DNA from: Myxococcales bacterium
Lineage (GTDB): Bacteria; Myxococcota_A; Bradymonadia; UBA7976; UBA1532
Direction: 5' to 3'
Assembly (NCBI GenBank): GCA_020633465.1
Contig: JACKDN010000006.1
Coordinates: forward strand, 111,047 to 175,046
Length of the DNA stretch: 64,000 nucleotides
This document shows, piece after piece, positions 19,220 to 29,350 of the stretch. The stretch's first letter is position 1. Each line of letters opens with the position of its first letter. The position numbers and the translations under genes were made by a program. The notes under the pieces are model-generated. The model was not told the origin of the DNA, made no database searches, and saw nothing but the letters and a program-made list of their open reading frames with translations.

Positions 19220-20371
19220 CTACTGCGCGTCCTTGCTGCGCGCGTGGTGGCGCACGATGAAGTCGGCCACCGCGTCCCAGGTGCGCGCGAACGCGTGCCG
19301 ATCGAAGGCCGAGTGCGTCATCAGCCAGTCGTGGTGCGGGGGGTCGCGGCCGGTGTCGCCGAAGTGGCCGATGACGTCGAGGTGATCGGCCCACACGGCC
19401 GCGAGCACCTCGCCGTGCACCTGCGAGAGCGTGGGCACCACGGCGTCGTTGTCGGTGGTGCTGGGCGCGGTGCCGAAGGCGCGGGTGAGCGTGGTCACCT
19501 GCTCCGAGGTGGCGCGCGCGGCGGCGGGCGCGGCGGCGGCGATGCCGTGCAGCACGCGGTAGAGCGCATAGCCCACCTGGCCGGAGGGCGAGAGCCCGGT
19601 GCTCATCATCCCCCGCAGGCGGGGCGGTCGGGCGCGGGTGACCACGCAGCCGTAGCGCACCGATCGGCGGTCGCTGGTGCGCGCGTCGAACAGGTCCATC
19701 GCTTCGGGGCCGAGCTGGGCCATCAGCGCCTGGTCGCCGATCACCTGGCCGAGGAACGCGACGATCTGGGCGCGCCGGTCGGCGGAGAAGTCCTGCAGGA
19801 TGCCCTGGTACACCGAGTCGATCAGGCCGCCTTGCAGCTCGGTCAGGCGGCGCGGCAGCGCCAGCGCCTCGGCCAGCGCCACCATCGCAGGCAGGGGCAC
19901 GCCGCCGAGGCGGATGGCGTGGATGGTGATCGCCGACACCAACTGGAGCAGCTTCTGCCCCATGCGGCTGTTGAAGTAGCTCGCCGTCGGCGTGCCGTGG
20001 TGCGGCGTGGCCACCGTCACCACCGAGCGCACGCGCCGCGCGATGCCCTCGACGCTGGCCGCCGTGGGCAGCGTGACGCCCGGCGTCACCAGCAGGCGCG
20101 CGTCGAGGCCGCCGGTGGAGTGGCCGACGAGGTGGATGCCGCCCGGCTCGACGGCGCCCATCGCGATGGCGTCGGCGACGGCCGCGGCGCGCTCCCGCAG
20201 CGAGGCCGTCGGCGGCACGGGCGCGTGCACGACCCGCACGTCGAGTCCGCGCGTCGCCAGCGCGTCGCGCAGGTAGCGCTCGACGTGGCCGAAGTAGCGG
20301 AAGTCGCCCAGGTTGGCGAATCCGAAGAAGCCCGGCACCAGCACCACGTGTCCTGATGGGCGCGTCCCCAC
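19220..20371 (-). CDS. secreted lipase/alpha-beta hydrolase (triacylglycerol lipase-like)
   Basis: HLVGHSTGG nucleophile motif. GTG start with GAGGAGG RBS. Confidence 0.75.
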   Translation of the reverse strand: MGTRPSGHVVLVPGFFGFANLGDFRYFGHVERYLRDALATRGLDVRVVHAPVPPTASLRERAAAVADAIAMGAVEPGGIHLVGHSTGGLDARLLVTPGVTLPTAASVEGIARRVRSVVTVATPHHGTPTASYFNSRMGQKLLQLVSAITIHAIRLGGVPLPAMVALAEALALPRRLTELQGGLIDSVYQGILQDFSADRRAQIVAFLGQVIGDQALMAQLGPEAMDLFDARTSDRRSVRYGCVVTRARPPRLRGMMSTGLSPSGQVGYALYRVLHGIAAAAPAAARATSEQVTTLTRAFGTAPSTTDNDAVVPTLSQVHGEVLAAVWADHLDVIGHFGDTGRDPPHHDWLMTHSAFDRHAFARTWDAVADFIVRHHARSKDAQ

Positions 20372-20644
20372 CTGTCCTCCTCGCGGGCCGCCACCCGTCG
20401 GTCGTCCGCCCCGAGCATCGCCCGGCCGGAGCGCCGGGCGCAACGCCGCAGCGCGCACGGAGCTGGTCGTGGTCGTCGTCGTCGTCGCCGACGACGACGC
20501 AGCCGATGCCTCGATCAGGCGGGCTGGCGGGGCTCGCCGGGCATCGACCCACACGGCCCGCCTCGAGACGCTCGCCCGGCGCGACGACCACTCGGGCGCC
20601 GCGCGCAGGCCGCTCGTGCCCCACCCGCTCGTGCGCGTCCCGTC

Positions 20645-21472
20645 GTGACCCTCCGCACCCCCTCGAGCCGTGCGCTTCGCGGGCTCCGGCGCGATCCCCC
20701 CCCTCACCCCCTGAAGCCGCCGACCCTCGCCCTGCCCTGCGCGCCGCGCTGTCGGCGCCCGATCCGGCGATCCGCGCCGCGCGCCCTGCTCGGCCCTGGG
20801 CTGGCAGCGCGACCCGCCGTCGGCCCGTGGCTACGCGCGGCGACGACCGATCCAGCGCCCACCGTGCGCGCCGCCGCGGTCGCCGCGCTGGCCGTCGTGC
20901 GCGACGCGGGCGCGGGCGCCACGCTGGAGGGCCGACTCGACGACGCGCGCGCGCCGCAGCGCGCGGCCGCCGCCCGGGTGCTGGGCTTCCTCCGCCTCGC
21001 GGCGCACGCCCCTGCCCTGCGCGCCGCGCTCGCCACCGACGCCGCCGCCGAGGCCCGCGCCGAGGCGGCGCGGGCCCTCGGTCGCCTCGGCGACGCAGCA
21101 TCGATGCCGCTGCTGATCGAGGCGCTGGCGGCGCCGGTCGCGTGCCTGCGCCACGCCGCCGCTCAGGCGCTGGCGCGGCTGCCCACGGACGAGGCCGCCG
21201 CGGTGCTGCATGGCCGCCTGGACGATCCGGATCCCGAGGTCCGGGCGGCCGCGGCGCGCGGTCTGGCGATCGTCAGCCCGGGCGACGCGCTGGTGCCCCT
21301 GTGCGCCACGCTGGCGAACGACGCCGATCCCGGCGTCCGGGTGACGGCCGCTGTCGCGCTGGGCCAATTGGGTGGGGAGGCCGCCCGCGCGGCCCTGCAG
21401 CGCGCGACCGCCGATCCGCACCCCGAGGTGCGCGATCGCGCGCGGGCCGCGCTGACTCAGTCGCCGCGCTGA
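20645..21472 (+). CDS. HEAT-repeat (PBS lyase-like) protein; N-terminal repeat appears in another frame (possible frameshift near 20780), start uncertain
   Basis: Repeated DPDPEVRAAAARGL / VRVTAAVALGQLG motifs. Confidence 0.5.
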   Translation: MTLRTPSSRALRGLRRDPPPHPLKPPTLALPCAPRCRRPIRRSAPRALLGPGLAARPAVGPWLRAATTDPAPTVRAAAVAALAVVRDAGAGATLEGRLDDARAPQRAAAARVLGFLRLAAHAPALRAALATDAAAEARAEAARALGRLGDAASMPLLIEALAAPVACLRHAAAQALARLPTDEAAAVLHGRLDDPDPEVRAAAARGLAIVSPGDALVPLCATLANDADPGVRVTAAVALGQLGGEAARAALQRATADPHPEVRDRARAALTQSPR

Positions 21473-21612
21473 GCCGGTCAGCCCGCCTGACGCGGTCGCC
21501 GCGCCGCCTCGATCGCCGCGCTGACCCGGTCAGCCCGACCGACGCGGTCGCCGCGCCGCTTCAGTCGCCACGCTGACCCGGCCGCCGCGCTGGCTCAGTC
21601 GCCGCGCTGACG
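21440..21612 (+). repeat. ~55-bp tandem repeat (x2-3) containing a 15-bp perfect palindrome GCTGACCCGGTCAGC; convergent terminator region
   Basis: CAGTCGCCGCGCTGA three times and CCGGTCAGCCCG.C.GACGCGGTCGCCGCGCCGC twice. Both flanking genes end in this motif. Confidence 0.6.
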
Positions 21613-22086
21613 CTTGATCCGGTCGTACTCGAACAGGAACAGCGACGCCCGGCTCAGCAGCTTGCGCATGCCCGGGTGGAACAGGCGGCGCGTCGCCTCG
21701 CGCTCGCTGACCCAGACGTGCCAGACGCCCTCGTGGGGGTGCGGCCCATGCTCGCGGGTGGGCGCGGCGGCGGGCAGCGGCGACCAGTCGTGCACCTGGC
21801 CGGTGAAGAAGACGACGGTCTTGTCGATGGGCCGGCCGGCCCGGCGGTAGTTGTAGTGCACCTGATCGCGGAAGTCCGGCAGCAGCTCGATCTGCGTGAT
21901 GCCCGTCTCCTCGCGCAGCTCCCGCAGGGCGGCGTCGACCTCGGTCTCACCCGCCTCGATGCTGCCCTTGGGGAACTCCCAGGCGGCGTCCGGGTTGCGC
22001 ACCATGACGCTGTGCAGCAGCAGGTACTCCACCCCCGCGTCGGTTCGCCGGAAAGGGATGACCCCGCAGGAGTTCTCGTACAGCAA
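21595..22086 (-). CDS. NUDIX hydrolase
   Basis: NUDIX box GSIEAGETEVDAALRELREETGI. TTG start. Confidence 0.75.
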   Translation of the reverse strand: MLYENSCGVIPFRRTDAGVEYLLLHSVMVRNPDAAWEFPKGSIEAGETEVDAALRELREETGITQIELLPDFRDQVHYNYRRAGRPIDKTVVFFTGQVHDWSPLPAAAPTREHGPHPHEGVWHVWVSEREATRRLFHPGMRKLLSRASLFLFEYDRIKRQRGD

Positions 22087-22244
22087 CCGTGGCGTTCCTC
22101 TCGGTCGGTGATGCGCCGGGGCGCGGATCGCCGACGCTACCAGCACGCGCCCTCGCCGGGCAACCGCGGCCGCTTCACCGCAGAGTTCGGGGCGCTACCG
22201 GACACTCGGGCAGTTCGGTCCTGCGTCGGGCGCCCGAGCCGCGC

Positions 22245-23903
22245 TCAGGGGAAGCAGGACGCGCCGGCGCCGGTCGCCAGGTAGCCCAAGTCGGGGTTGC
22301 ACACAATACCGAAGGACTCCGCGCCCTCGCACGCGCCGCCCGGGCTGATGACCGCACCCTGATTGGCGTCGAAGCAAATGCCGCCAGCGGGCGTGTAGGT
22401 CGCGCGCGTAAAATGGATGGTCGCCGAGCTGTCGGCCTTCGCTGCCACGGCCGTGGTGCCGCCAATGGTCACATCCGCCCCGACGACGGCGCCTCGGGTG
22501 CTCGCGCCCACCCCACGAGACGCCCCGTCCACGGTCAGACGACTGACCGAGACAAGGCCGCCGGCCGTCGCGATCACCGCGTAGTTCCCCGCGTCCGTCA
22601 CGGTCAGGCCCTCGGCGAGGATCACGCCTCCCCCACCCGCCTGGACACCGTCGGCCTCCGGTCCGTCGATGCGCGCGTCCCCGACGTAGGCGAACCCTCC
22701 CAGCGCCTCCACGCCGGCCCTTCCTGCGTCCGTCACGACCACGCGCGCCGCCGACACGAGTCCGCCCTGGGCGGTGCCGATGGCGTTGCCTCGTCCGCGC
22801 ACGACGGTCGAATCGTCGATGCTCACCCGGCCGCCCCACGCGGCCCCGATCGAGGTGCCCCCACCGTCCTGGAAGGCGCTGTCCGTGGCGATCACGACGC
22901 CATTGTCCGTCGCGCTCACCAGGTTGTAGAAGCCCTCGACCGCGACGCGGCTCGCCGCGATCCATCCTCCGGCGCTCGACAGGCCGATCTCGCCGATCGT
23001 GGGCTCCGGGTTCTCGCTGCGCAGCGTCACACCACGCAGGCCACCCAGCGCTTGCCCAGGGGCGACCACGAGACCGCTGCTGTCGCGAAAGCGGAAGACC
23101 ACCCGCTCGGGAAAGTTGGGGTTCCCCTCGATCCGCAGGCGCGCGCCGTCCGGATGGTCGATGAAGATGGGCTCCGAGGCAGCGGGCTGACCGTCGGGTG
23201 GGTACGTGCCGTCCGCGATCTGAATGGTGGTCCCCTGCGGGGGTACGTGGCGCCCCTCGAGCGAGGCGAGGGCCTGAGCGAGCGATGCGAACTCGTCTGC
23301 CCGCGGCTCGGGGCTCACGCGAATCTCACCCGGCGCCATCCGCACGCTGTCGGGCGGCGCGCATCGCCAGCCGGCCGCGGCGCGCACCAACGTGTCGCCC
23401 GCGGCGCAGTCTTCGGGCAGCGCGCGGGCCTCGAGCGCGTCCAAACGTGCCAGCAGCGCGTCGGCGTCCCAGCGGCCCGCGGCGGTCGCGAGCCCCAGCG
23501 CGGTCGGTACGGCCCCGATGTCCTGCCGCGGGAAGCGCACCTCGCCCTCGCCGATCTCGATCCAGGTCGCACGCGCGCACAACGCCGCGTTGGGGCAGCT
23601 CAGCGACGCGCTGAAACGGCCGTCGTCCTCCTCGGGATCACACCTGACCGCCTCGACGCCGAGGTCCGCCTCGATCTCCTCGTCGCCGATCCGCGCAGAC
23701 AGCATCGCCGGGCACCGTACCACGCCGTTCGGCTCGGTCAGCCTGCCCTCGTAGACGAGCGTCTGAGCACCCGCAGGGCCCGACACCGCCACCAGTGATG
23801 CGCACACCCACAGGATGATCCGCAGCAGTCCATGAACCGGGCCCCGAGGGCCTCTCCACAGAAACCGGATCTCCCCGATCGACCTCGACCTCGATGTGCT
23901 CAT
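22245..23903 (-). CDS. secreted right-handed beta-helix protein
   Basis: Signal peptide, then QTLVYEGRLTE, then Gly/Ala/Val-rich parallel beta-helix repeats. Confidence 0.65.
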   Translation of the reverse strand: MSTSRSRSIGEIRFLWRGPRGPVHGLLRIILWVCASLVAVSGPAGAQTLVYEGRLTEPNGVVRCPAMLSARIGDEEIEADLGVEAVRCDPEEDDGRFSASLSCPNAALCARATWIEIGEGEVRFPRQDIGAVPTALGLATAAGRWDADALLARLDALEARALPEDCAAGDTLVRAAAGWRCAPPDSVRMAPGEIRVSPEPRADEFASLAQALASLEGRHVPPQGTTIQIADGTYPPDGQPAASEPIFIDHPDGARLRIEGNPNFPERVVFRFRDSSGLVVAPGQALGGLRGVTLRSENPEPTIGEIGLSSAGGWIAASRVAVEGFYNLVSATDNGVVIATDSAFQDGGGTSIGAAWGGRVSIDDSTVVRGRGNAIGTAQGGLVSAARVVVTDAGRAGVEALGGFAYVGDARIDGPEADGVQAGGGGVILAEGLTVTDAGNYAVIATAGGLVSVSRLTVDGASRGVGASTRGAVVGADVTIGGTTAVAAKADSSATIHFTRATYTPAGGICFDANQGAVISPGGACEGAESFGIVCNPDLGYLATGAGASCFP

Positions 23904-24268
23904 CGGCCAGACAACCTGCCTTCCAAGCGGAGTCGCCCATCCGCTGACTGCACCTCGGACGGCCGAAGAACCACGCCCCGGCCGGGGCCACCCGCGGCCC
24001 AACGCAGACCCCTCCGTTCGAGCCTCAGCGACGCTCCGCGCCCTCCGTCGGCGGCGTCGGGCAGGTCGATCGGCGCGGCGTCCGAGGACGCACCTGGAGC
24101 GCAGCGCCCGTCACTGCAATGCTGACCGGCCGGGCATGGCGTATCGTCGTCGCAGGCTCGCACCGAGATGTCGTCGACGCAGCCCCCCGAACCCGACACG
24201 AACGAGGCCAGCGCAGCGACGCGAGCGACACGGGCGAGCCACCCACCGGGCGCTGCCTTCATGAGCAT
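23900..24268 (-). CDS. small Cys-rich secreted protein (hypothetical)
   Basis: Signal peptide plus CDDDTPCPAGQHCSDGRC. Stop overlaps downstream start (ATGA). Confidence 0.4.
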   Translation of the reverse strand: MLMKAAPGGWLARVARVAALASFVSGSGGCVDDISVRACDDDTPCPAGQHCSDGRCAPGASSDAAPIDLPDAADGGRGASLRLERRGLRWAAGGPGRGVVLRPSEVQSADGRLRLEGRLSGR

Positions 24269-24295
24269 CCTCCTTCGTGCGTCCGATCAGTGGAC

Positions 24296-25840
24296 TCAGT
24301 GGACAACGAGTCCACCGTCCGACCAGAGCGAGCTGATGGCCGGTGAGCAGCATTCGGCGGGTTGGATGTCGAGGTAGATCACGCCGCCCGAGCGCGCCCA
24401 CGCCGTCTTCGAGTTCGAGTCCTCGAAGGTCGCACTGGTCGCGCGGACGTAGGCCCCCCGGTGCGCCACGACTGCGCCGCGGTATTCGCGGTACTGCATC
24501 TCGCGGTGACCGTTGCGCGCGAAGACCGAGCCCGACGCGAAGACGGACGCGCCCTCGAATGCCCCGACCCCGGCATCGCCGTTGTCGGTGAAGGCTCCCC
24601 CGCTGACGTCGACCAGCGCGCCATCCTCGGCGTGCACGCCGCTGTGACGGTTCGAGCTGACCAAGCCGGGGAGCCGGACGATGGCGCTTCGGGCCACAAG
24701 GAGGCCCGTGTTGTTGTTGCGCAGGGCGATGGACGGCAGGAGGGCGGCCAGCTCGTGGGACGCGTTCCGCGGCTGCTCGGTCAGGGCCTCGGGCCGCGCC
24801 ACGCGAGCCCCGTCCGACACCTCGACACCCACGCCGAAGAACTCGGCCTCGAGCGCCCCCACGTACGCGGTCGCGCCATCTCGGATCGCCACGGCCGGCG
24901 CGTCGCAGGTGGAGGGATCGAAGGCGTCGTCGCCAGAGGACATCGCGCACTCCCCGCGCATCTCGAAGCCCGCGAGCAGACCGAGGGTGACACCCCGATC
25001 CAGCCGGAAACACCCCTCGTTGCACAGCAACGTGGCACGCCCCGGCCCCTCGGCGGCGCGCCCCACCACGCGCAGCCGGGCGCCGTCCGCGTGGTTCAGG
25101 CTCACCGGCGCCCGGTGCACGTGATCCCCGACCACCTCCACGGTGACCGTCGCGCCGGGTCCGATGCGCCACCGGCGCAGGGCCGCCATCGCCGCGTCGA
25201 TCGTCGGATAGGTGTCGGCGTCCCCGGCAGCTCCGGCGGCCACACGGTAGGTCCGATCTTCGTGGATCGTCTGGTCGCCCGGGCCCGGGCTCAGGCGCTG
25301 CCAACCCTGAGACGTGCACCCCCAGAACGTGTCGTCACCGAATCGCATCTCGCCCGGCTGGCAGTCATCGGAGCGCTCGGCCTCGTCTCGCAGGGTGACG
25401 TGCGGGGCCTCGACCCCACCCACCGCGTCGATGGTCGCCTCCGGCGCCAGCCGGGCCGTGCTCGCGAGCCGGTCACAGACGAGGGCCCGCGGCACAGCGC
25501 CGATCAGCTGCACCTCGAAGGGCACTCCGTTGATGATCGGGCGTAGCGCATGGGCTCCGTCCACGTCGGGCCCGAGCGGCTCCACGTCGATCTCGGCGCC
25601 GAAGCGCCCTCCGCCCAGCTCGACCACGCGCGCGACGACGCGAGACCCGATGACGGCGTCCTCGGCCGTCAGGAAGTCGAACTCGGCGCTCTCCACCGCC
25701 ACCTCGCCCATGTCGTCCGTCAAGCGTCCCTCGTAGACGAGCACCTGCGCCCACGTGGGCGCAGCGCCCAGCAACACGAAGAGGACGTACGCGACGCTGC
25801 GATGCCAGGTCGATGCGCGCGCTCGGTACCGTTCTTCCAA
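24296..25840 (-). CDS. secreted beta-helix protein (paralog of 22245..23903)
   Basis: Signal MEERYRARASTWHRSVAYVLFVLLGAAPTWAQ, then VLVYEGRLTD. TTG start with GGGGAGGA RBS. Confidence 0.65.
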   Translation of the reverse strand: MEERYRARASTWHRSVAYVLFVLLGAAPTWAQVLVYEGRLTDDMGEVAVESAEFDFLTAEDAVIGSRVVARVVELGGGRFGAEIDVEPLGPDVDGAHALRPIINGVPFEVQLIGAVPRALVCDRLASTARLAPEATIDAVGGVEAPHVTLRDEAERSDDCQPGEMRFGDDTFWGCTSQGWQRLSPGPGDQTIHEDRTYRVAAGAAGDADTYPTIDAAMAALRRWRIGPGATVTVEVVGDHVHRAPVSLNHADGARLRVVGRAAEGPGRATLLCNEGCFRLDRGVTLGLLAGFEMRGECAMSSGDDAFDPSTCDAPAVAIRDGATAYVGALEAEFFGVGVEVSDGARVARPEALTEQPRNASHELAALLPSIALRNNNTGLLVARSAIVRLPGLVSSNRHSGVHAEDGALVDVSGGAFTDNGDAGVGAFEGASVFASGSVFARNGHREMQYREYRGAVVAHRGAYVRATSATFEDSNSKTAWARSGGVIYLDIQPAECCSPAISSLWSDGGLVVH

Positions 25841-25887
25841 TGGATCCTCCCCGTGGGCGATGCCCCCTCCGACCTGCCGCGGGACGA

Positions 25888-27153
25888 CTACCACAGCCAC
25901 GTCAGCGTCGCCGATCGCCCCAGAGGGTCGACGTCGAACGCCACCGGCTGCCCGGACCTCCGAGGCCAGAGCAGGATCGCGAGTCCACCCGCCACCAGGA
26001 CGCCGCCGATCCCGAGCCCGGTCCAGGCGATAGCCCGCTCGTCCTCGAGGCGAGACTGCAGGCGCCCCGCCTCGGCGTCCGAACCGGGTGGTAGACGATT
26101 GCCCTCCGCGCTCGTGTCCGCCGCCTTGGACCAGTAGATACCTCCGACCACCGCGGCCGCCACGCCCAACGCCATCGTCCCACCGCCGATCCAAGGCCAG
26201 AGATCGGCGCCGTTAGCGTCCGCCTCGAGGGCCTGCTGCGCCGACGGCTCCGGCTCCGACGCCCCCCGGCGGTTCGCGGCCGGCGTCGATGGTCCGGCGT
26301 TTGCGAGGGCGGCGAGGACGGCCCTGACTTCGGGCGCATCGTCTGCATCGGGCGCCTTGTCGAGGTACTTCGAGTAGTTGATGCGCGCGCCCTCCCGATC
26401 GCCTGCCCCCTCGAGCGCACGGGCGAGGTTGTAGGGGAGCTTGGTCGAGGCCGGAAAGAGCGCGAAGGCGACCTGGAAGGCCTCGGCGGCTTCCTTGAAG
26501 AGCCCCTCGCCGTACAGCCCGCGGCCCTGGTGGTATCGAATCAGGGCGGGCGCCGGTCCTCCGGGTTCGAGGGCCTCTCGGCCCACGGCCTCGGGTCGCG
26601 GGGCCACATGATGAACGAGCCGCGTGATCTCGATCGTCTCGAGCCCATGGGTTCCGTCCCGTGCGATGATCCGAACGCCGTGCCGCCCCGCCGTGACGTG
26701 GCGTCTCGAACGGCGCCAGCCCAAGGGCACCTCGTCCACCCAAACCTGAGCCCCGGGCGGTCCCGGCACCATCAGCGTCGCCCCACAACGATTCGCCAGA
26801 CGCCGCTCTACCTGCGCGCCCTCATCGCGGCGAGCGCAATCCTGGCAGTGGGTCGCGAACTCCGTGAAAGTACGGCGCGCCCCTTCACACTCGGCCGGGC
26901 TCGGCACATCAGGGATCGCCCCCGCTTCGAGCAGCAGCACGTCGGGCCAGCACGTCTCGTCCCAGATCGTGCGCAGCGCCGCTCGTGCCACCGCGTGCTG
27001 ACCCGAGCGCATGAGCCGCTCGGCGGTCGCCACCCGCTTTCGCGCCCCCGCGCAGCGACCGCACGCGACACCGCCGCGGGGCACTCGGCCTGCGCGATCG
27101 GTGGCCACTCGAACGGCGATGACGGCCATGGCGACCAGGATCGTGGTCCTCAT
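25888..27153 (-). CDS. TPR-repeat protein with signal peptide and C-terminal TM helix
   Basis: MRTTILVAMAVIAVRVA signal. TPR-like YNLARALEGAGDREGARINYSKYL. Confidence 0.55.
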   Translation of the reverse strand: MRTTILVAMAVIAVRVATDRAGRVPRGGVACGRCAGARKRVATAERLMRSGQHAVARAALRTIWDETCWPDVLLLEAGAIPDVPSPAECEGARRTFTEFATHCQDCARRDEGAQVERRLANRCGATLMVPGPPGAQVWVDEVPLGWRRSRRHVTAGRHGVRIIARDGTHGLETIEITRLVHHVAPRPEAVGREALEPGGPAPALIRYHQGRGLYGEGLFKEAAEAFQVAFALFPASTKLPYNLARALEGAGDREGARINYSKYLDKAPDADDAPEVRAVLAALANAGPSTPAANRRGASEPEPSAQQALEADANGADLWPWIGGGTMALGVAAAVVGGIYWSKAADTSAEGNRLPPGSDAEAGRLQSRLEDERAIAWTGLGIGGVLVAGGLAILLWPRRSGQPVAFDVDPLGRSATLTWLW

Positions 27154-27346
27154 CGATAACCTCTGCCGGCGGACCGGCGGCTCACCTCTCGGGCGAGACA
27201 CGCTGCCGAGCGAGCGTTAGGTGGGCCAGACGCGACGGTCAACCCATCCAGTCGAGGGGGATCCTGCGGGACTCATCGGGAGCGCGCAGCGAGGGCGGCG
27301 TCGTTGGGGGGCGGCGAGAGAACGCCGGGCGCGGCGGCCGACCCTG

Positions 27347-29184
27347 TCAGCGGCGTCGCCAGCGGTGGCGGTGCGCCCCCTCGGCGTACAGCGTCTCGAC
27401 GGCGGCCGCGTGCCGCGCGATGATGACCGCCTTGCGGCGCACCTTCAGCGTCGGCGTCAGCAGCCCGTTCGCTTCGGTGAAGGGCTCGGTCAGCAGCGCG
27501 AAGGCTTTGAGCGTCTCGTGGCGCTCGAGCGTCCCGTTGAGGCGGTCGAGATCGTGCTGGAACCGGCGCAGCACCGTGGGGTGGCGCACCAGCGCCTCGT
27601 GGTCGTCGGGATCCAGCCCCTTGTCGGCCGCCCACGCGCCGAGCGCCGCGAAGTCGGGCACCAGCAGCGCGACGCAGTAGGGCCGCCGATCGCCCACCAC
27701 GGCCGCCTGATCGACGAAGCGCAGGCGCTTCAGCCGCCGCTCCAGCATCTGCGGCGCGATGTACCGGCCCGTCGAGGTCTTGAACAGGTCCTTCTTGCGA
27801 TCGGTGATACGCAAGAAGCCGTCGCGGTCGAGCTGCCGACGTCGCCGGTGGCCAGCCACCCGTCCTGCAGCACCTCGGCGGTCTCGTCCGGCCGGCCGAA
27901 GTAGCCCTGCATCACGTTGGGGCCGTGCACGAGGATCTCACCGTCGTCGCCGATGCGCACCCGCACGTTGTCCAGCGGGCGGCCCACGGTGCCGAAGCGA
28001 TAGGCGCCGGGGCGGTTGACGCTGACGACGGGCGACGCCTCGCTCAGCCCGTAGCCCTCGAGGATCAGCAGGCCCGCGGCCAGGAAGAACTCGGCCACCT
28101 CCGGCGCCAGGGGCGCGCCGCCGCTGACGAAGAAGCGCACCCGGCCGCCCATGCGCGCGGCCAGCGGGGCGAACACCTGGTCGAAGGCCAGGCGGTACTT
28201 CGCGCCCAGGATGCGCCCCGGGCGCTCGCCGTGCTGCTTCAGCCGCGCGACCTCGCGCCCGACGGTCAGCGCCTCCTCCAGCAGCCGCCGGCGCAGGGGC
28301 GGCGCCGCCTCGAGCGTGGCCAAGAAGCGGTGGTAGATCTTCTCGTACACGCGCGGCACGCCGGTCATCAGCGTCGGCCGCACCAGCCCCATGTCGTGAA
28401 TCAGCCGCCCCATGCTCTGCACGTAGTGCAGCGTGGCGCCGCCGAACAGCGAGGCCATGTAGTAGCCGGCCATGCGCTCGAAGCTCTGGCTCAGCGGCAG
28501 GAACGACAGCAGGTGGTCGTCGGCCTTGATCGGCAGCGCGCGCGCGCCGCGGCGGTGCAGTTGGCGATCATGTTGCCGTGCGACACCATCACGCCCTTCG
28601 ACACGCCGGTGGTGCCCGAGGTGTAGATGAGCGTCAGCAGATCGTCGGGGCGCAGCGCGGCCACCCGCGCGTCGACCTCGGCGGCGCCGCGCGCCGCGCC
28701 CAGGCCCTCGAGCTCGAGCAGGCTGAGCACGGTCAGCCCCTCGATCGCCGGCCGCTGCTCCACCTCGGCCACCGTGATCGACGTGCGACAGGCCGGCCGG
28801 CCGGTCGGTCATGCGCGCGACGACCTTCAGCTGCTCCGCCCCGTCGATCACCAGCACCCGCGCGCCCGCGTCGCCCAGCACGAAGCGCACGTACTCGGGC
28901 GTGCTGCTGTCGGCGATGGGCGCGTCCACGCCGCCCGCCGACGCGGTGGCCAGATCGGCCAGCACCCACTCGGGGCTGTTGCGCGCCCAGATGGCCACGC
29001 GCTCCCCGACCTCGAGGCCCAGCGCGACCAGGCCGGCGGCGGCGTGCGCGACGCGGACGCCCATCTGGGCCCAGGTGAGCGGGCGCCAGTGGCCGTCGAG
29101 CTTGCCGTAGGCCATCGGGCGCGCCTGCAGCTTGAGCACCTGCTCGCGGAAGACGGCGGGGATGGACGGGGGGGACATCGGCAC
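27347..29184 (-). pseudogene. long-chain fatty-acid-CoA ligase (AMP-binding), at least 3 frameshifts
   Basis: LIYTSGTTGVSKGVMVSH (AMP-binding) and GWLATGDVG../LDRDGFLRITDRKKDLFKTSTGRYIAP lie in three frames. One shift sits at a CCGGCCGGCCGG repeat. Confidence 0.7.
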
Positions 29185-29350
29185 TCGGGGGTGGACGTGG
29201 CGGCGCGGCCATGGAACCAGCGTCGACGCACCGTGTCAATCGCCGCTCGCGGCCGCGTCGCGGGGGTATCGCCGGCCCCCGAGCGCAGGCGCCGTGAGGC
29301 CCCGACGACGGCCCGCGCGCGTGCTTGCGCCCCCGCCGAAGGCGCGTGCT

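Noticed and set aside
19134-21101. 655-aa ORF on the minus strand, and many similar long Arg/Ala/Gly/Pro-rich ORFs elsewhere (e.g. 29626..32781-, 36194..38107+, 38254..40314+, 46846..61024+, 2988..4691 upstream part)
   Set aside because: Low-complexity translations typical of antisense or out-of-frame reading in 70+% GC DNA. They overlap genes with clear family matches on the other strand.
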